Assembly: GCA_030264375.1 (NCBI GenBank)
Contig: JASCQW010000032.1
Span: forward strand, 66,855,174 to 66,919,173
Direction: 5' to 3'
From: Carcharhinus longimanus
Lineage: Eukaryota
DNA length: 64,000 nt
Within the stretch, counting starts at the first letter, position 1, and every line of letters begins with the position of its first letter. The notes under the pieces are model-generated. The model searched no databases. It had not been told where the DNA came from and was given only the letters and a program-made list of their open reading frames with translations. Made by a program: the position numbers and the translations under genes. Positions 35,831 to 48,184 of the stretch are shown piece by piece.

Positions 35831-37279
35831 TTGATGCTCTATTTCACAATGTTCATCTACTGTTTAAAGAGGTAGTAACAATAGTTACCAACTGCTGAAA
35901 TAAAATTATTGCATTAGCACCTTTTAGCGGCTGAACTCTCACTTTAAATAATTCTTTTTTTTGTCGTTAATTTACAGAGTTGAAATTTCAGTGCTGTAAA
36001 TCTCTGTTGTTACTTTTAGAAGTTGCAGGTATGTAAGTAGATCTGATAAGGATTATATCAAATAAAAAGCTATGTGTAATAACAAGTTTACCTCATGTAT
36101 TCGCTGTCTACAGGCATTACATAATTTAATTAAATGACCTGTCTTAATGTAACTTTCAGGTACATTATTATCACTGGGATATGCCTCAGGTTACTTGTGT
36201 AACAAAATCTGCTTTTAACATTGTTTAATATTTTGCACTGGCATTCAGTTAAGAGAATGCCTTTCTCACCAATTTCTTCTGCCACCCGTCAGCCCTCAGG
36301 TTCTGTTTGGAGGCAGTCCTCTCAAATAAAAACAGCAAGTGTTGGAAAAAAACTCAGGTCTGACAGCATCTATGGAGAGAGAAGCAGTCAATATTTCAAG
36401 TCCAATATGGCTCTTCTTCAGAGCTTTGTTACTCATCTCAAATCCTGCTTCAACTCACTTCCTGAGCCCTAACAAATCTCTTTCCTCCTTGCCTCCCTCA
36501 ACTGGAATTTCTTATGCACATACATGGTCTCTTCCTTGAACTTATAGCAAATGCTTCTGAGGCCTTTGGCATCTCTATTTTTCATTGGGATCTTTCTGAT
36601 CATTTATCTCATTGCTGCAAAGTAGTTCCTTTCTTGCTCCCACCCCATCAGTTTCACTTATCACCTCTGGAATGGGAGCAATCTTTTGAAAACAATTCTA
36701 AGTCCAGGACGAGCATGAAAATGGGAGAGTTTTTAATCTGTTTTCTGGGCGAGTTCAAATCTGTGATCTTATCTGTTTGTGAGTCCCTCCCCTCCACTGA
36801 CCAGCTAGCCCCAGTAGGACCCCCTCTGGCCTCTTTCCCTTCACACTGCCTATGCCAGGTGGACAGTGCCAGGCTGTCTGGTGCGCAGTGCCAGTATGAC
36901 AGACTGGCAGTGCCAGGCTGGAACTGCCCAAGGGACAGCCCTTACCCTCACTCTCCTCGAGGTCCTCAATGCCCTCAGCCTCTACCAGCGAGGTGATCAC
37001 GACTGATTCCCTTTGTTGCAATCTTCTTCATCTTTGGTCTTCCAGCCGAGATGAAATTGATGCCTCAAAGTGATCTTCTCAATGTCTGTGCTTTTATCTT
37101 TGATGCCCATATACCAACTGGGTCTCAAATAAGGTCCCAGTTTAAATACACCTCCTGGTACAAAAGGGACCTCTGAGCTTCAAATTCATGAAGGAATCAG
37201 ATAAATATCTCAATACCTTTCAGGTTATTGTTGGCTTGGAACTGCCTGGCTTACTGAGCCTTTTAAAGCCATATTGCCG

Positions 37280-37450
37280 GCAAGACTGGGTGAGGCTGGC
37301 AGATTTCAATAGTAGTTTGATGGTCACAATGGTGATTGTCAATTCCAGATTTATTCTTTGGATTAAAACTGCAGTTGTCATGGTGGGATTTGAATCTGTG
37401 TTGCCAGGTCACTAACCTGATTCTCTGGATTACTATTCCAGTGACATTAC
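37280..37450 (-). mobile_element. Degenerate tRNA SINE (type C) fragment
   Basis: catggtgggatttgaa...ctctggattacta.tccagt, as in 48905-49257. Confidence 0.5.
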
Positions 37451-38284
37451 CTGATATGGATTGACTAAAAAAATGCCAGTTTAATGCCAGCTCTGTAAAA
37501 CCTGTGTGCTTTCAGCCTCAACTCCATCTACCTCCCTGATTGCCAGCTCTGGTTAATCATAAAGGTGTTAATGACGATACGTGGAAAACCTTTCTCAGGC
37601 AGTGAGTGATTGGGATCTGGAATGCACTGATGAGTGCACCACCATTCCTCCTTTTGCCAATCACCAGAAATTGTTGTCCTCTGATTGTAATGCTGTGATT
37701 GTACCACTTGAACTGTTACAAGGGTTTGGACTAAAAAAAAGCCAGTAAAAGTTTTGGGGTTGCAAAATCCTCAAACTAATTTTATTGAAACTGATAGCTG
37801 GTGAATTGTATAATACCTGTCAGTGAAAAACCTTAAAATGATTTTTTTCAATGATGTCTTCACTTTATAAATGCCCACAGAAGCTGAATCCACCCAATCC
37901 AGCTCATGTTTTACCTTTTAAACTAGAGGACAAATGGCCTCTTCCATCCAGCTCCTTGACTTTAAACAATCAGATCAAAGATTTGAACATCGAGTTGTCT
38001 GGAAGCTGAATTTTCCACTGAGTCCCCAACCTTGCCCGACAATCTCCTTCTCTTAACCCAAAGAAAGACTGGCACTTCACCTCCAGCTCTCTGCTTTAAC
38101 TCAATCCTAATCCCTCTTCGCACCTGGAATGCTGATCGCATACCCAGGTAACTTCTGACATGCTGGCTGTACAGCAAAGAATAAAAGAAAGATACACCTT
38201 TCTTATAGTCTTTCTTATACTCTTATACCTTTCTTATACTTTCTTATACTCCTCTGTATATGGACTCTGTAAATGGACATTTGA

Positions 38285-38480
38285 GTCTAAAGGTGTGCGG
38301 GTTAGGTTAATTGGCTATGCTAAAATTGCCCCTTTGTCTCCTGAGTTGCATAGGTTAGAGGGATTAGTGGTTAAATATGTAGGGATATGGGGTTAGGGCC
38401 TGGGTGGGATTGTGGTTGGTGCAGACTCGATGAACCAAATGCTCTCTTTCTGCACTGTAGGGTTTTATGATTTCTATGAT
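38285..38480 (+). mobile_element. 5'-truncated HE1-type SINE, tail type A
   Basis: gtgtgcgggttaggttaattggctatgctaaa...tgcactgtagggttttatgatttctatga. Confidence 0.8.
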
Positions 38481-38589
38481 ATGTGTTTAAAACTTGTGGT
38501 GGTCAGGGATTGGTTACTCCTTGCATAGTCCACCCCGTGAGTGGACAAAAGTGAAGTCACCCTTCATGGACAGAGTCACTGGGAAATGT

Positions 38590-40098
38590 TTCAAGATGTC
38601 CTCTTTATATAAGAACAAATGAATTAAGAGCAAGAGGAGGCTACATGAGAGTGCTACACTATTCAATAAGATCCTGATTGTGGCCTCAACTCCATTGTCT
38701 TGCCTTCCCCAAAACCCTTTGATGTGTTTGTTAGTCAAGAATGTATCTACTCCTGCCTTTAAAATACACAATGGCCTTGTCTCTACTAGACTTTGGAGAA
38801 AGAAGTTTCACAGATTTGAAATCTTCTGAGAGAAAAAAAGTATGAACATGCAAATCAGGAGTCCATTCGGCCCCTCGAACCAGTCAATAAGAACATGGCT
38901 AATCTGCTTGTAGATTTTCAAATTCACATTCCTGCCTACCTCTGATATCCTTTCACCCTTTTGTTAATAAAGAATCCATGTAGCTCTGCTTTAAAAATAT
39001 TCAGAGGGGAGGAGATGGCCTAATAGTATTATCGCTATTGATCCAAAAACTCAGCTAATGTTCTGGGGACCTGGATTTGAATCCTACCACGGCAGATGGT
39101 GGAATTTGAATTCAATAAAAAAAATCTGGAATTGAGAATTTACTGATCACCATGAAATCATTGTCGATTGTTGGAAAAAACAATCTGGTTCACTTTCGGG
39201 AAGGAAATCTGTTGTCCTTACCTGGTCTGGCCTACATGTAACTCCAGAGCCACAGCAATGTGATTGATTCTCAACTACCATCAGACAACTAGAATTGGGC
39301 AACAAATGCTGGCCAGCAGAGGCACACATGGTCCACAAGAGACTAAAAAAAATTCGAAGATTCTGCTTCCACTGTCTTTTGAGGAAGAGAGTTCCAGAAA
39401 CTCACGACTCTCTGAGAGAAAACATTTCTCCTCATACCTGTCTTGAATGAACAACTTCATGTTTTTGAATGGTGAACCCTAGTTCTAGATTCAGCAATGA
39501 GAGGAAACATCCACTCCACATCCAGCATGTCAATACTGATCAGGATTTTGAAGGTATTGATCAAGTTGTCTCCTACTCTTCTAAACTTTGGTGGATACAA
39601 ATCTAATCTCTCCAGCCTTCCCTCATAAGACAACCACTCATTCCTGGTATTAGCCTAATAAACTTGCTATGAACTACTTCTAACACATTTACCTGTCTTG
39701 TGACCAATATTGAACACAATATTGAACACAATACTCAAGATATGGTGTCACCAATGCTCTGTACAACTGAAGCATAACATCCTTACTTTTGTAATTAACT
39801 TCCCTCACGATAAACAATAACTTTTGTAATTACTTGTTGTAGCTGTATACCAGCCTTTTGTGATTCATGCACTGGGACATCCAAATCCCTTTGTACTTCA
39901 CGGCTCTTCAATCTCTCACCATTTAGATAATGTGCTTTTTTTTATTCTTCTACCAAAATGATTTCACATTTTCCCACATTATACTCCATTTGCCAAATTT
40001 TTGCCCACTCACTTAACCTATCTTTGACTTCTTGTAGTGTCTTTATTTCCTCTTCACAATTTACCTGTCTTTGTATCATCAGCAAATTTAACAACCAG
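38590..40098 (-). mobile_element. CR1 LINE 3' fragments (at least two), interrupted by a type C SINE
   Basis: CR1 3' tails at about 38610 and 38840, and RT C-terminal sequence up to catcagcaaattt (KFAD on the minus strand) at about 40085. Confidence 0.8.
39006..39352 (+). mobile_element. tRNA-derived SINE type C, full length
   Basis: tRNA-like head (tggcctaatagt...ggatttgaatcc), body cctggtctggcctacatgt.actccagagccacagcaatgtg, tail gggcaacaaatgctggcc plus A-run. Confidence 0.8.
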
Positions 40099-40099
40099 A

Positions 40100-40385
40100 C
40101 TGTTAGGGTACCAGATCAGAACTCCAAGGTGTATTATGAAGTCAGATTAGACCCCAACTATTTCCTATTTTGCCATTAGTATAAGAATAAGCTGTTTCAC
40201 TCCAGCCACAATTCTACTGACACACTGGGAAGCTGTTATCAAAATAAACTTCATTTAACAACAGAGACTAATTATAACAAATTAATTAGTTTAACCTTTA
40301 ATAATTGAATAATGCTTAAACGAAATACAATTCTTAACTGTTAATCTATCACTATGAGTTCCAATCAAGCAATATTTCTCTTTAA
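40100..40385 (-). mobile_element. Probable LTR fragment
   Basis: Starts abruptly with TGTTAGG where the CR1 is cut; AT-rich LTR-like sequence; no partner found. Confidence 0.35.
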
Positions 40386-40399
40386 AATTAAAGTACATT

Positions 40400-40606
40400 T
40401 AATTTATTACTCACAAGTAAGGCTTATGTTAACACTGCAATTAAGTTACTGTGAAATTCCCCTAATCGCCACAGTACAGCGATTGTCCTGGTAGGTGCAC
40501 CTAATTAGCATGTCTTTTCGACTGTGGGAGGAAAGCAAAGCATCCGGAGGAAACCCACACAGACACGGGAAGAACATGCAAACTTCACACAGAGAGTGAC
40601 CCAAGC
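40400..40606 (-). mobile_element. HE1/V-SINE-type SINE, tail type B, head truncated
   Basis: tcacaagtaaggcttatgttaacactgcaa...gactgtgggaggaaa...gtgacccaagc. Confidence 0.8.
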
Positions 40607-40699
40607 TCGTCGCAAAACACAGGTGTACTGTAGCTGGTGAGCATAGGAAAGAGTAAAATAAATGAGGACTTTGGCGACAAGGGAATAGATAGATTTATA

Positions 40700-41390
40700 G
40701 AACAGGAGTCTAAAAAATGATCACACAAGGAGCGACAAGGAAATCCTATTAAATCTGTTGAAGTATCTGTACAGCAGTGCACACATTATCCACGATTTAA
40801 AAAAATATAGCTGGAGGCAATCATACGTGAGGAGGAAGCAGACATAAAAAGGGTTCCTGAGACTTGGCTACAAAAAATTAAAATTGTGAATTATACATTA
40901 TAGGCCATCACATATTTAGGAAAGATGGAGAAGGAAGCAAGGGCTGTGGACTAACTACACTTACTTGATGTAATATAATGACAGTAGACAAAAGGGGCAC
41001 AGCAGTCAGCAAGAAAAAAACAGAATCTGTGTTGTTAAAGGTAAAAGAGAAAGGATCAATCATGTTAATAGGTGTAGCCTACAGAGCAGCAAATAGTTGA
41101 AGGGAAGTAGAGGAAGATGTATGTAGACAAATTAAGGAATTGAGTAAAGCAGAGTAATAATCATGGGGGATTTCAACTAGTTGATATTAATTAGACATAG
41201 GAGATAGGTAAAGGGGTAAGGGAGTGGAGTAACAACAATGTATCTCAGAGTCCTTTCTAACTTAATATATAAAAGACCCAACAAGCTGAGATTGCTTATT
41301 GGATCTATCAATGGGGAATGAATGACAGCAGATAAGGGGAAGTATAAGTAGAAGGACATTGTGGCAACAGTGACCGTAATACAAAGATGA
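40700..41390 (+). mobile_element. CR1 LINE endonuclease-domain fragment
   Basis: PETWL, IIGHHIFRKDGEGSKGCG, LIGVAYR, VIIMGDFN and SDRN motifs of the AP endonuclease, with frameshifts. Confidence 0.8.
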
Positions 41391-41464
41391 TAGAACATAG
41401 AACATAGAACATAGAACATTACAGCGCAGAACAGGCCCTTCGGCCCACGATGTTGCGCCGACCA
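41391..41464 (-). mobile_element. Young CR1 3' tail with (ATAGAAC)n, running into a gap
   Basis: Four copies of tagaaca, then ttacagcgcagaacaggcccttcggcccacgatgttg with CpGs intact. Confidence 0.75.
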
Positions 41465-41649
41465 NNNNNNNNNNNNNNNNNNNNNNNNNNNNNNNNNNNN
41501 NNNNNNNNNNNNNNNNNNNNNNNNNNNNNNNNNNNNNNNNNNNNNNNNNNNNNNNNNNNNNNNNACCCACTAGCCTATACCAATCCCTTTTCGTCCATAA
41601 ACCTATCGAGAGATCTCTTAAACGCCCCCAGACTAGACGCACAATGATG

Positions 41650-41820
41650 GATGGGATTCTTTGGCCCCCCCACAATATGTTTCTTATGGCAGGAAGCAAT
41701 GCGCTGTTGGCCAGTAGCAGGATTGTCTGGTGCCGCTGCAATCAATGGGATTTCTCATTGGTTCTCCACCACACAGCCAGTGAGATCAGAAGATTATGAA
41801 CAACTGGGAAGTTCTGGTCG
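41650..41820. mobile_element. Harbinger-like MITE (degenerate)
   Basis: Similar in reverse to 3130-3230; weak terminal inverted repeats. Confidence 0.4.
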
Positions 41821-41824
41821 GTGA

Positions 41825-43180
41825 TGCATGCTGTAAACCAGGTAAATAGTTCAGAGAAAAAAATGGATTTTGGAAGGTTGGAAATAGAACTTTGGAAAAT
41901 AAATGGCAAGCAACAATGTAGAACAACATTGGGAACATTTACAGAATGTTTAACAGAGTGCAGGAAATGTATATTCTGCTAAAATGAAAAAAACAAACTA
42001 ACTATTAGTGAGACTCCATGGATGAAAGATGACAGAAGGGAAAAACTATGCATTATGAAAGAATATTTTAAGTACATGAATAGCTAAGGAGTCCATTAGA
42101 TTAGGAGAAAAGGTTGTCGTGGAAAATAAAAACTCATATTCTGACCTGGATATAAGATTGGCTGGGTAACAGGAAGCAGAGAGTAGATATAAATGGGTCC
42201 TTTTCAAGGTTGGCAAGATGTAACGAGTGGTGTGCCACAGGGATCAGTGCTGGGGCATCAATGTTTTACAGTTTATATAAATGACTTAGATGAAGGGATT
42301 GAAGGTATGGTTGCTAAAGTTGCTGATGATACAAAATAAGATAGGAATGCAAGTTATGAAGAGGACAGAAGATAAAGTGAATGGATAAAGATCTGGCAAA
42401 TGGACTATAATGTGGGAAGATGTGAAATTGTTCATTTATTTTTAAAAACATATTATCTAATCAGTGAGATTGCAGAGCTCTGGGGCGCAGAGGGATCTGG
42501 GTGTCCGAGTGCATGATCACAAAAGATTGGTATGCGGGTACAGCAAGTAATTAGGAGAGCTAATAGAATAGTATCATGTTTTGTGAGGGTATCTGAACAC
42601 CAAAGTAGGGAGGTAATGCTTCAGTTATACAGGGCATGAGTGAGACCACATCTGTAGTATTGGATGCAGCATTGGTCATCTTATTTAAGGAAGGACTTTA
42701 ATAAGTTGTAAGCAGTTCACAAAAGATTTACCAGACTAATACCTGGAATCGGTGAGTTATCTAATGAGGCAAGATTGGTCAGGCTAGGCTTGTATCCGCT
42801 GGAGTTAAGAAGAGTAAGAGATGACTTGTTTGAAACATACAAGATACTGAGCAATCTTCACAAGATGAACGCGGAGACAATGTTCCCCCTAATAGGAGAA
42901 TCTAGAACTTGGGGAGGGGGGGGGTCACTGTTTAAAAATAAGGGGTGACCCATTTAGATGAAGAGAACTTATTTTCTCAGAGGGTTGTGAGTCTTGAGAA
43001 CTTCCTTTCTCAAAAGGCAGTTGAAGCAGATTCTTTGAATATTTTTAAAGCAGAGGTAGATGGAGTCTTAATAAGCAAGCGGGTGAAAGATTATTAGGGA
43101 TTGGAATAAGAATTTGATTTTATGGAATGGTGAGGCAGTTTTGAGTGACTGAGTGACCTACTCCTAATTCGTACGTTCAT
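41825..43180 (+). mobile_element. CR1 LINE: linker, RT and 3' end
   Basis: [56 protein letters not shown], then RPHL.Y..QHWS and FFSQRVV motifs. Confidence 0.9.
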
Positions 43181-43339
43181 ACAAACTGCTTGGGTTTCCA
43201 CTTTAGTTTCAGCATGAAACAGCTAGTTTCATGCGTTGCTCTTTTACAAGCAATAGTCAACATCTGTGCTACAAAGCAACTAAATACAAATCACTGTTTT
43301 GCTTAGATATTTACCTGAGAAATATTGCTGGAAGACTGG

Positions 43340-43850
43340 TGGATAGCTAATGCCATTCTGATATTTTGGAAGGAGGAACAGGGGACTGTAGACCAGTCAG
43401 TTTAGGATTACTGAAAGGAAAAATAATGGAAAACTGACTAAAGGAGAGAACAGAACATAGAGAAATGCAAAAATAACATAAGGAATCTTCAGCCATTGGC
43501 TCCCAGACAGAAACCAGAGTGGGAGCAAAGGATAGATTATTCAGCAGATGGGAAGTATTGTTCCACAAGCATCAGTGCTGGCTGGGACCTTTGCTGTTTG
43601 CAATTTACATTAACAATTTGGACTTGAGAATCAAAAGCACAATTTCTATATTTGCAGATGGCACTAAATTGTGGAGGAACATTCTGTCCGCCTCTCCCTA
43701 TTATTCAGCCTTTGGATACTAAGGACATCAAGGAACATTGGGGTAGCGCAGAAAAATTACATGAGAGCTGGCTGATCAGCCATGATCTGTTTGAGTGGCA
43801 GAGCAACTCAATGAGCCAAATGGCCTTCTCCACCTCCTCTTTGATATGTT
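43340..43850 (+). mobile_element. Internally deleted CR1 fragments
   Basis: GDCRPVSL and LGPLLFAIYINNLDL.IKSTISIFADGTKL. Confidence 0.75.
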
Positions 43851-43859
43851 CAAATGTTC

Positions 43860-44130
43860 CTCATCCATGGGACATTAGTTTTGTAGGTCATCCCAGCATT
43901 TAATTGCCCGTCCATAATTACACCATGAAAGATGCTGGTGAGCTACCTTGTTGAACCAGTGCAGTCCATGTGGTGTAAGTATACCCAGAGTGCCATTAAG
44001 GAGGCAATTCCAGGATTTTGACCCAGCAACTGCGAAGGAGCGTCAATATATTTACAAGTCAGGATGGTATGTGACTTGAAGGGGAACTTGCAGCTGGTGA
44101 TGTCCCATGCATCTGCTGCCCTTGTCTTTC
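43860..44130 (-). mobile_element. 3' end of a CR1/L2-superfamily LINE (same family as 50765-52075)
   Basis: cagcattta.ttgccc...gcagtccatgtggtgta...ccaggattttgacccagc. Confidence 0.7.
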
Positions 44131-44499
44131 TAACCTCTTGGGGGGGAGGATGGGTGGTGGGGGAGAGAATGAAATTCTACTCCTCATTTCAAATCTATCT
44201 TGGGATAAATGTTTTCCTTTTGCTAAATTTTAGTTATCTGTATTGTTGGATTGGAATTTCAGCATTGTGTGTTCCAGGTCAAGAAGTGATGGTATACTAA
44301 TTTATCTTTGTGATTGCTGCTGTGTAAATTGCAGCTAGCTTAGTAATGTATCCGTATATTTATGCAGAATTGTAGAAGCTTCTTTTGCAACTTTTCAAGT
44401 TTGATTTGATGGACAGATTAGTGGTGGAACAAGTTACTAGTAGAATGAGTCTTGAAGGCTGTTTTAAAAATCATATGGGATTTTTGGTTTTCCAAAAAA

Positions 44500-44970
44500 A
44501 GGACAAAAGCAAGGACAGAATGGTCAACCTTTATAAAACATTTATTATGCTCTAGCTGGAGTATTGTGCATTGAGTTCTGGACATTACACATTGCGAAGA
44601 ATATTAAGACCTTAAAGAAGGTTCAAAAGAGATTTACTAGCATGGAACCAGGGATAAGGAACTTCAGCAACATGGAGAATCTGGAGCTGTTCTCCCCAGA
44701 ACAGGGAAGGTTAAGGGATATTTAATAGAGACATTCTAAGTTATGGTGGATTGGTAACCCGAAGATATCGATTTAGGCTAAAGAACTGGAGGTGACATGA
44801 GGAAAAAAAAAACGCAAGATGGAATTAGATAAATACTGGAAGGAAAAAGACTTGCACAACCACATGGAAAAAGCAGGAATGTGGGACTAATTGAATAGTT
44901 CTTCCAAAAAGCTGGCATAATCACAATGGACCAAATTGTCATTCTCTGCTTCATTGATTCTATGATTAAT
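44500..44970 (+). mobile_element. CR1 3' fragment
   Basis: LYKTF...LEYC..., LKKVQKRFTSM.PG, RLRDI motifs, then the tail. Confidence 0.7.
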
Positions 44971-45705
44971 CATGTACCTGTTTGGATCTATATAACAGAT
45001 GGGCAGATAATTAGATGGTTCTTTGTTATAGTCATTTATTCACTTTGGCACGAAAATGTCAAACTTGTCCCCATCTCCAACACAATGGATATTAATTTGC
45101 TCACCTTCTGCCCAGTTCTTAACAGACAGGAGTGTGAAAGACATGCCCATCCATTGTTTCAGCACTCAATCGGCCCAGTTTCACTCAGTGTGATTGGAGT
45201 GTTGGTTGCCGTGGAAGTTTGAAGAAAGCTTGTTGTTAAATTAGGATTGCTCTTGCAAAATCATAAGGAGAATGATTTGTTGTGGGTTGTGTCTCACGTG
45301 CTTGCCTTCATCTCTGCACCATCCTGTATAAACTTCAGAGTGCCAGGAGGATGATACTGGGTAGAAGACACTGAAAAACTGTTTAATTCTCTACTCTGAC
45401 ATTCTTCACTTGGAGTGCCAAATGTTTACAAAATATTCTTTGAAAGAAAAATATGCCAATGCCAGCATTCAATCATCCCGTTAATGGTGACTTCAAATTA
45501 ATGCAGGTACATTACATCTGCAGCGCTGCGTGCTAGATATTAATCTTTGGTTGCTGTCAGTGTGGATACGTGCCTAGCCATGGCAAAATTGGAGAATGAA
45601 GTTAACTTGGAATGTGTTGCAAAGTTCTAGTGAAATATACCAGTTCTGATGAAAGATTAAAACTCCAGGATGAAGCATGGTGACTTAGAAAACAGAAATT
45701 CAAGC

Positions 45706-46225
45706 CTTGCATTTATATAGTGCTTTTCATTGCAAAGAACTTCATAACCAATGAAGTATTTTAAAGTGTAGCCATAGAATCCCTACAGTGTTGATGGAGG
45801 CCATTCAGCCCATCAAGTCTATGCCAATTCCCTGACACGGTGTCATACCCAGGCCCACCAACCTGCCCTATTCCATCGTTAAAACATCTAATCTTGGGAA
45901 AGTCGCTGTTGTAATGTAGGAAATATGGCAGTCAACTTGGAAATAGGTTCCCACAAACAGTGATGTGAAATGACCAGGTAATTTTTTTTATGGTCTTAAT
46001 TGAGGGTTAGATATTGCCCCCCAAACCAAACATAACACTCCAGCTCTGTTTTGACAGTGCCAGAGGACTTTTTACATCTACTTGAGGGACCATTCTGGAC
46101 CTCAGTTTAATGTCTCCACCCTCAGCATTATGCTTGGATGCCAGATTCATGTTTTGCGCTCAAGCCCTGAAGTGGAACTTCCCAATCACAATAAGTGTGC
46201 TATCAACTGATTCACAGCTGACATT
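45706..46225 (-). mobile_element. Deu-domain SINE (SacSINE1/AmnSINE-like), interrupted by an HE1/CR1 tail fragment at about 45774-45900
   Basis: L2-type tail tgcatttatatagtgc, Deu-like core (cccacaaacag...ttgaggg..agatattg...ttttacatc.ac.tgag...cctcagtttaatgtctc) and tRNA-like head. Confidence 0.65.
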
Positions 46226-46334
46226 GCAGACCTGATTCATTCTTATTCCACCCGTAATGTACATACCAATTAGATTTTGGTGTACATTTGCAAGATTTTG
46301 TTTTCCAATTCGGAGAAGACTTCTCTTTCCAAGT

Positions 46335-46585
46335 CTTTGAATGAGATGTCAAATTGATGCCTTGTCTTCTCTCTCAGGTGGATGTAAAAGATTCGATGAC
46401 GATATTGAAAAGGACTGGGGGAGATTTTCTTGTTTTACAGGCCAATACCTATTCCTCAAACAACATCACAAAAACAGATTATCTAGTCATTATCTAATTG
46501 CTGTTTTTTCAATGCTTGCTGTTCTCAAGCTGGCTATCATATTTCCCACATTACACCAGTGATGACACTTCATCGGCCATGAAAA
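46335..46585 (+). mobile_element. Deu-domain SINE fragment
   Basis: gagatgtcaaa.tga.gcc...ctctctcaggtggatgtaaaagat...ggccaata..tattcctcaa.caacatcac...cagattatct.gtcattatc. Confidence 0.65.
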
Positions 46586-46849
46586 GTCATTAAAGGTTCA
46601 GCAAAGTTTTTCTTCAATTTCCTTGTCTTCTTTCCTTTTCCTTTCTTTCCATTGTAATCACTACTTTTTGGCATTTTGGCACCAAGCTTTGCAGTGTGAG
46701 TGACATTGTGCTCAGGAAGAGGTGAATTGCACTAGAAAATAATGGGCTTCTGTCTCAGGCTGAGCAGATCCTGGTAGTGCAGTGTGGCCCTGGGGCTTCG
46801 CGTCATTGTCCAGCTCCCAGGTAATTTAGAGGTCTCATTGAAACTTAAA

Positions 46850-48173
46850 GATCACTGGCAGACCAGGGAGAAGATAAGTGTCTCAGTTAATTTGATAGAA
46901 GTTTGACGGTGGGGGTAGGATTGGAGATCGGTGGGGGTAGGGGGACAATGGTGGGGTGCTGGGGAGAGGTGGTTGCTACTTCTATTTTGATTTTGTCTCC
47001 ATTCAGTTTCGGATAGACCCAAAATCTCTGTGAATTGCCTTGCATTGATAATATACCAAGTTTTAGTTCTTCTATCTCCATGGACATCGTGGCGGGATTT
47101 TACTGCTCGTCCCAAAACTGTAAAATTCTGCCTAAGGTGGCAGGCCAGCTACCCGCTCTGATTCCCCTGGCAAGCAGGATGGTAAAATTCTGTGCTCGTA
47201 TCTTCCTGCATATCTTCATTGTCTTTCTGCAGACTTTTGTGTAGACTTGGGTGCTTTCTTGTGTTTACCCATCTTCAAGGTTTGATTATTCTGTCTGGCC
47301 CACTACACCTTGGTTATGTGACCTTTCTTCCCACAATTAGGGCATTTATTTTCTCGACACCAACATTCTTGAGGAGAATACTCCACCTGGGCATATCTAT
47401 GGCAAAGTTGCGTGTTGAAAGATCTTCTTTTCTCAGTATTCATCTTATGGTATTTAGCTGCCAGCTCCAATCTGGGAACTTCTTCAGCAGCCAATTCCAT
47501 GGACATGGCAATCTCAGCAGCAAGTTTTAGACTGAATGAGCTTTTGGTGAGTAATCGTCTTTGAATTGCTTAATTTCAAAGTCCACAAACAAGTCTGATG
47601 CACCTAACCAGCACGTCTTTCGGAAGGAAACCGGTGCACCCAGAGGAAACCCACAGAGGCCGGGAGAATGTGCAGACTCTGCACAGACAGTGACCCAAGC
47701 CAGGAATCGAACCCGGGTCCCCGACAATGTGAGACAGCAGTGCTAACCACTGTGCCACTGTGCCTGCCCCCAGTTATCAATTCTAAAGTTAATATAGACT
47801 CTTAGCAAAGTTTAAAAACTTGTTTCCAATGGTTAGGTTTATCACACTTCAATCAATAGTAGAGTGATCTCCTGAAAATTGATCCTTGATTCAAGGTCCA
47901 ACTCTGAATTGTTTCTTCTGACTATTTGTTCAGGAAAACCATCTTCATCACCAATTTTGTCTTTTACTCTTGTATTCTAAATTGCTCAGTTCACTTTAAC
48001 AGCAAAGATAAAATAATGTGGGTTACGTGGCCAATTTGTGGAGCTTTATTAGTTAGGTTTTGCTTGGAGTCCAGAATGATAGAGAGGCAAAATCTCCCAA
48101 ATACCCCTGATAATGTCATCATGCAATCATGTGACATGCAACACAGAGATGCCATTGTTACCAATACATAACA
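46850..48173 (-). mobile_element. Degenerate Gypsy element: 5' LTR, PBS, gag and start of protease
   Basis: Minus strand TGTTATG start near 48172; PBS-like TGGTGATGAAG near 47950; gag AIQRRLLT...LKLAAEIAMSMELAA; zinc knuckle CPNCGKKGHITKV; protease-like KLNGDKIKIEVAT. A MITE (about 47088-47195) and a SINE are inserted. Confidence 0.7.
47595..47770 (-). mobile_element. HE1/V-SINE-type SINE (head and central domain)
   Basis: gcacctaaccagcacgtctttcgga...aggaatcgaacccgggtccc...gctaaccactgtgcca. Confidence 0.85.
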
Positions 48174-48184
48174 CCATACAAACC

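Noticed and set aside
36514-36996. 160-aa plus-strand ORF
   Set aside because: It runs into GC-rich TGCCAG-repeat transposon-like sequence; no domain or splice support.
38199-38252. Short tandem array (TTCTTATAC-like), plus small tandem duplications at about 11680, 13380, 39707 and 49965
   Set aside because: Ordinary slippage repeats without spacers; not CRISPR-like, and the context is eukaryotic.
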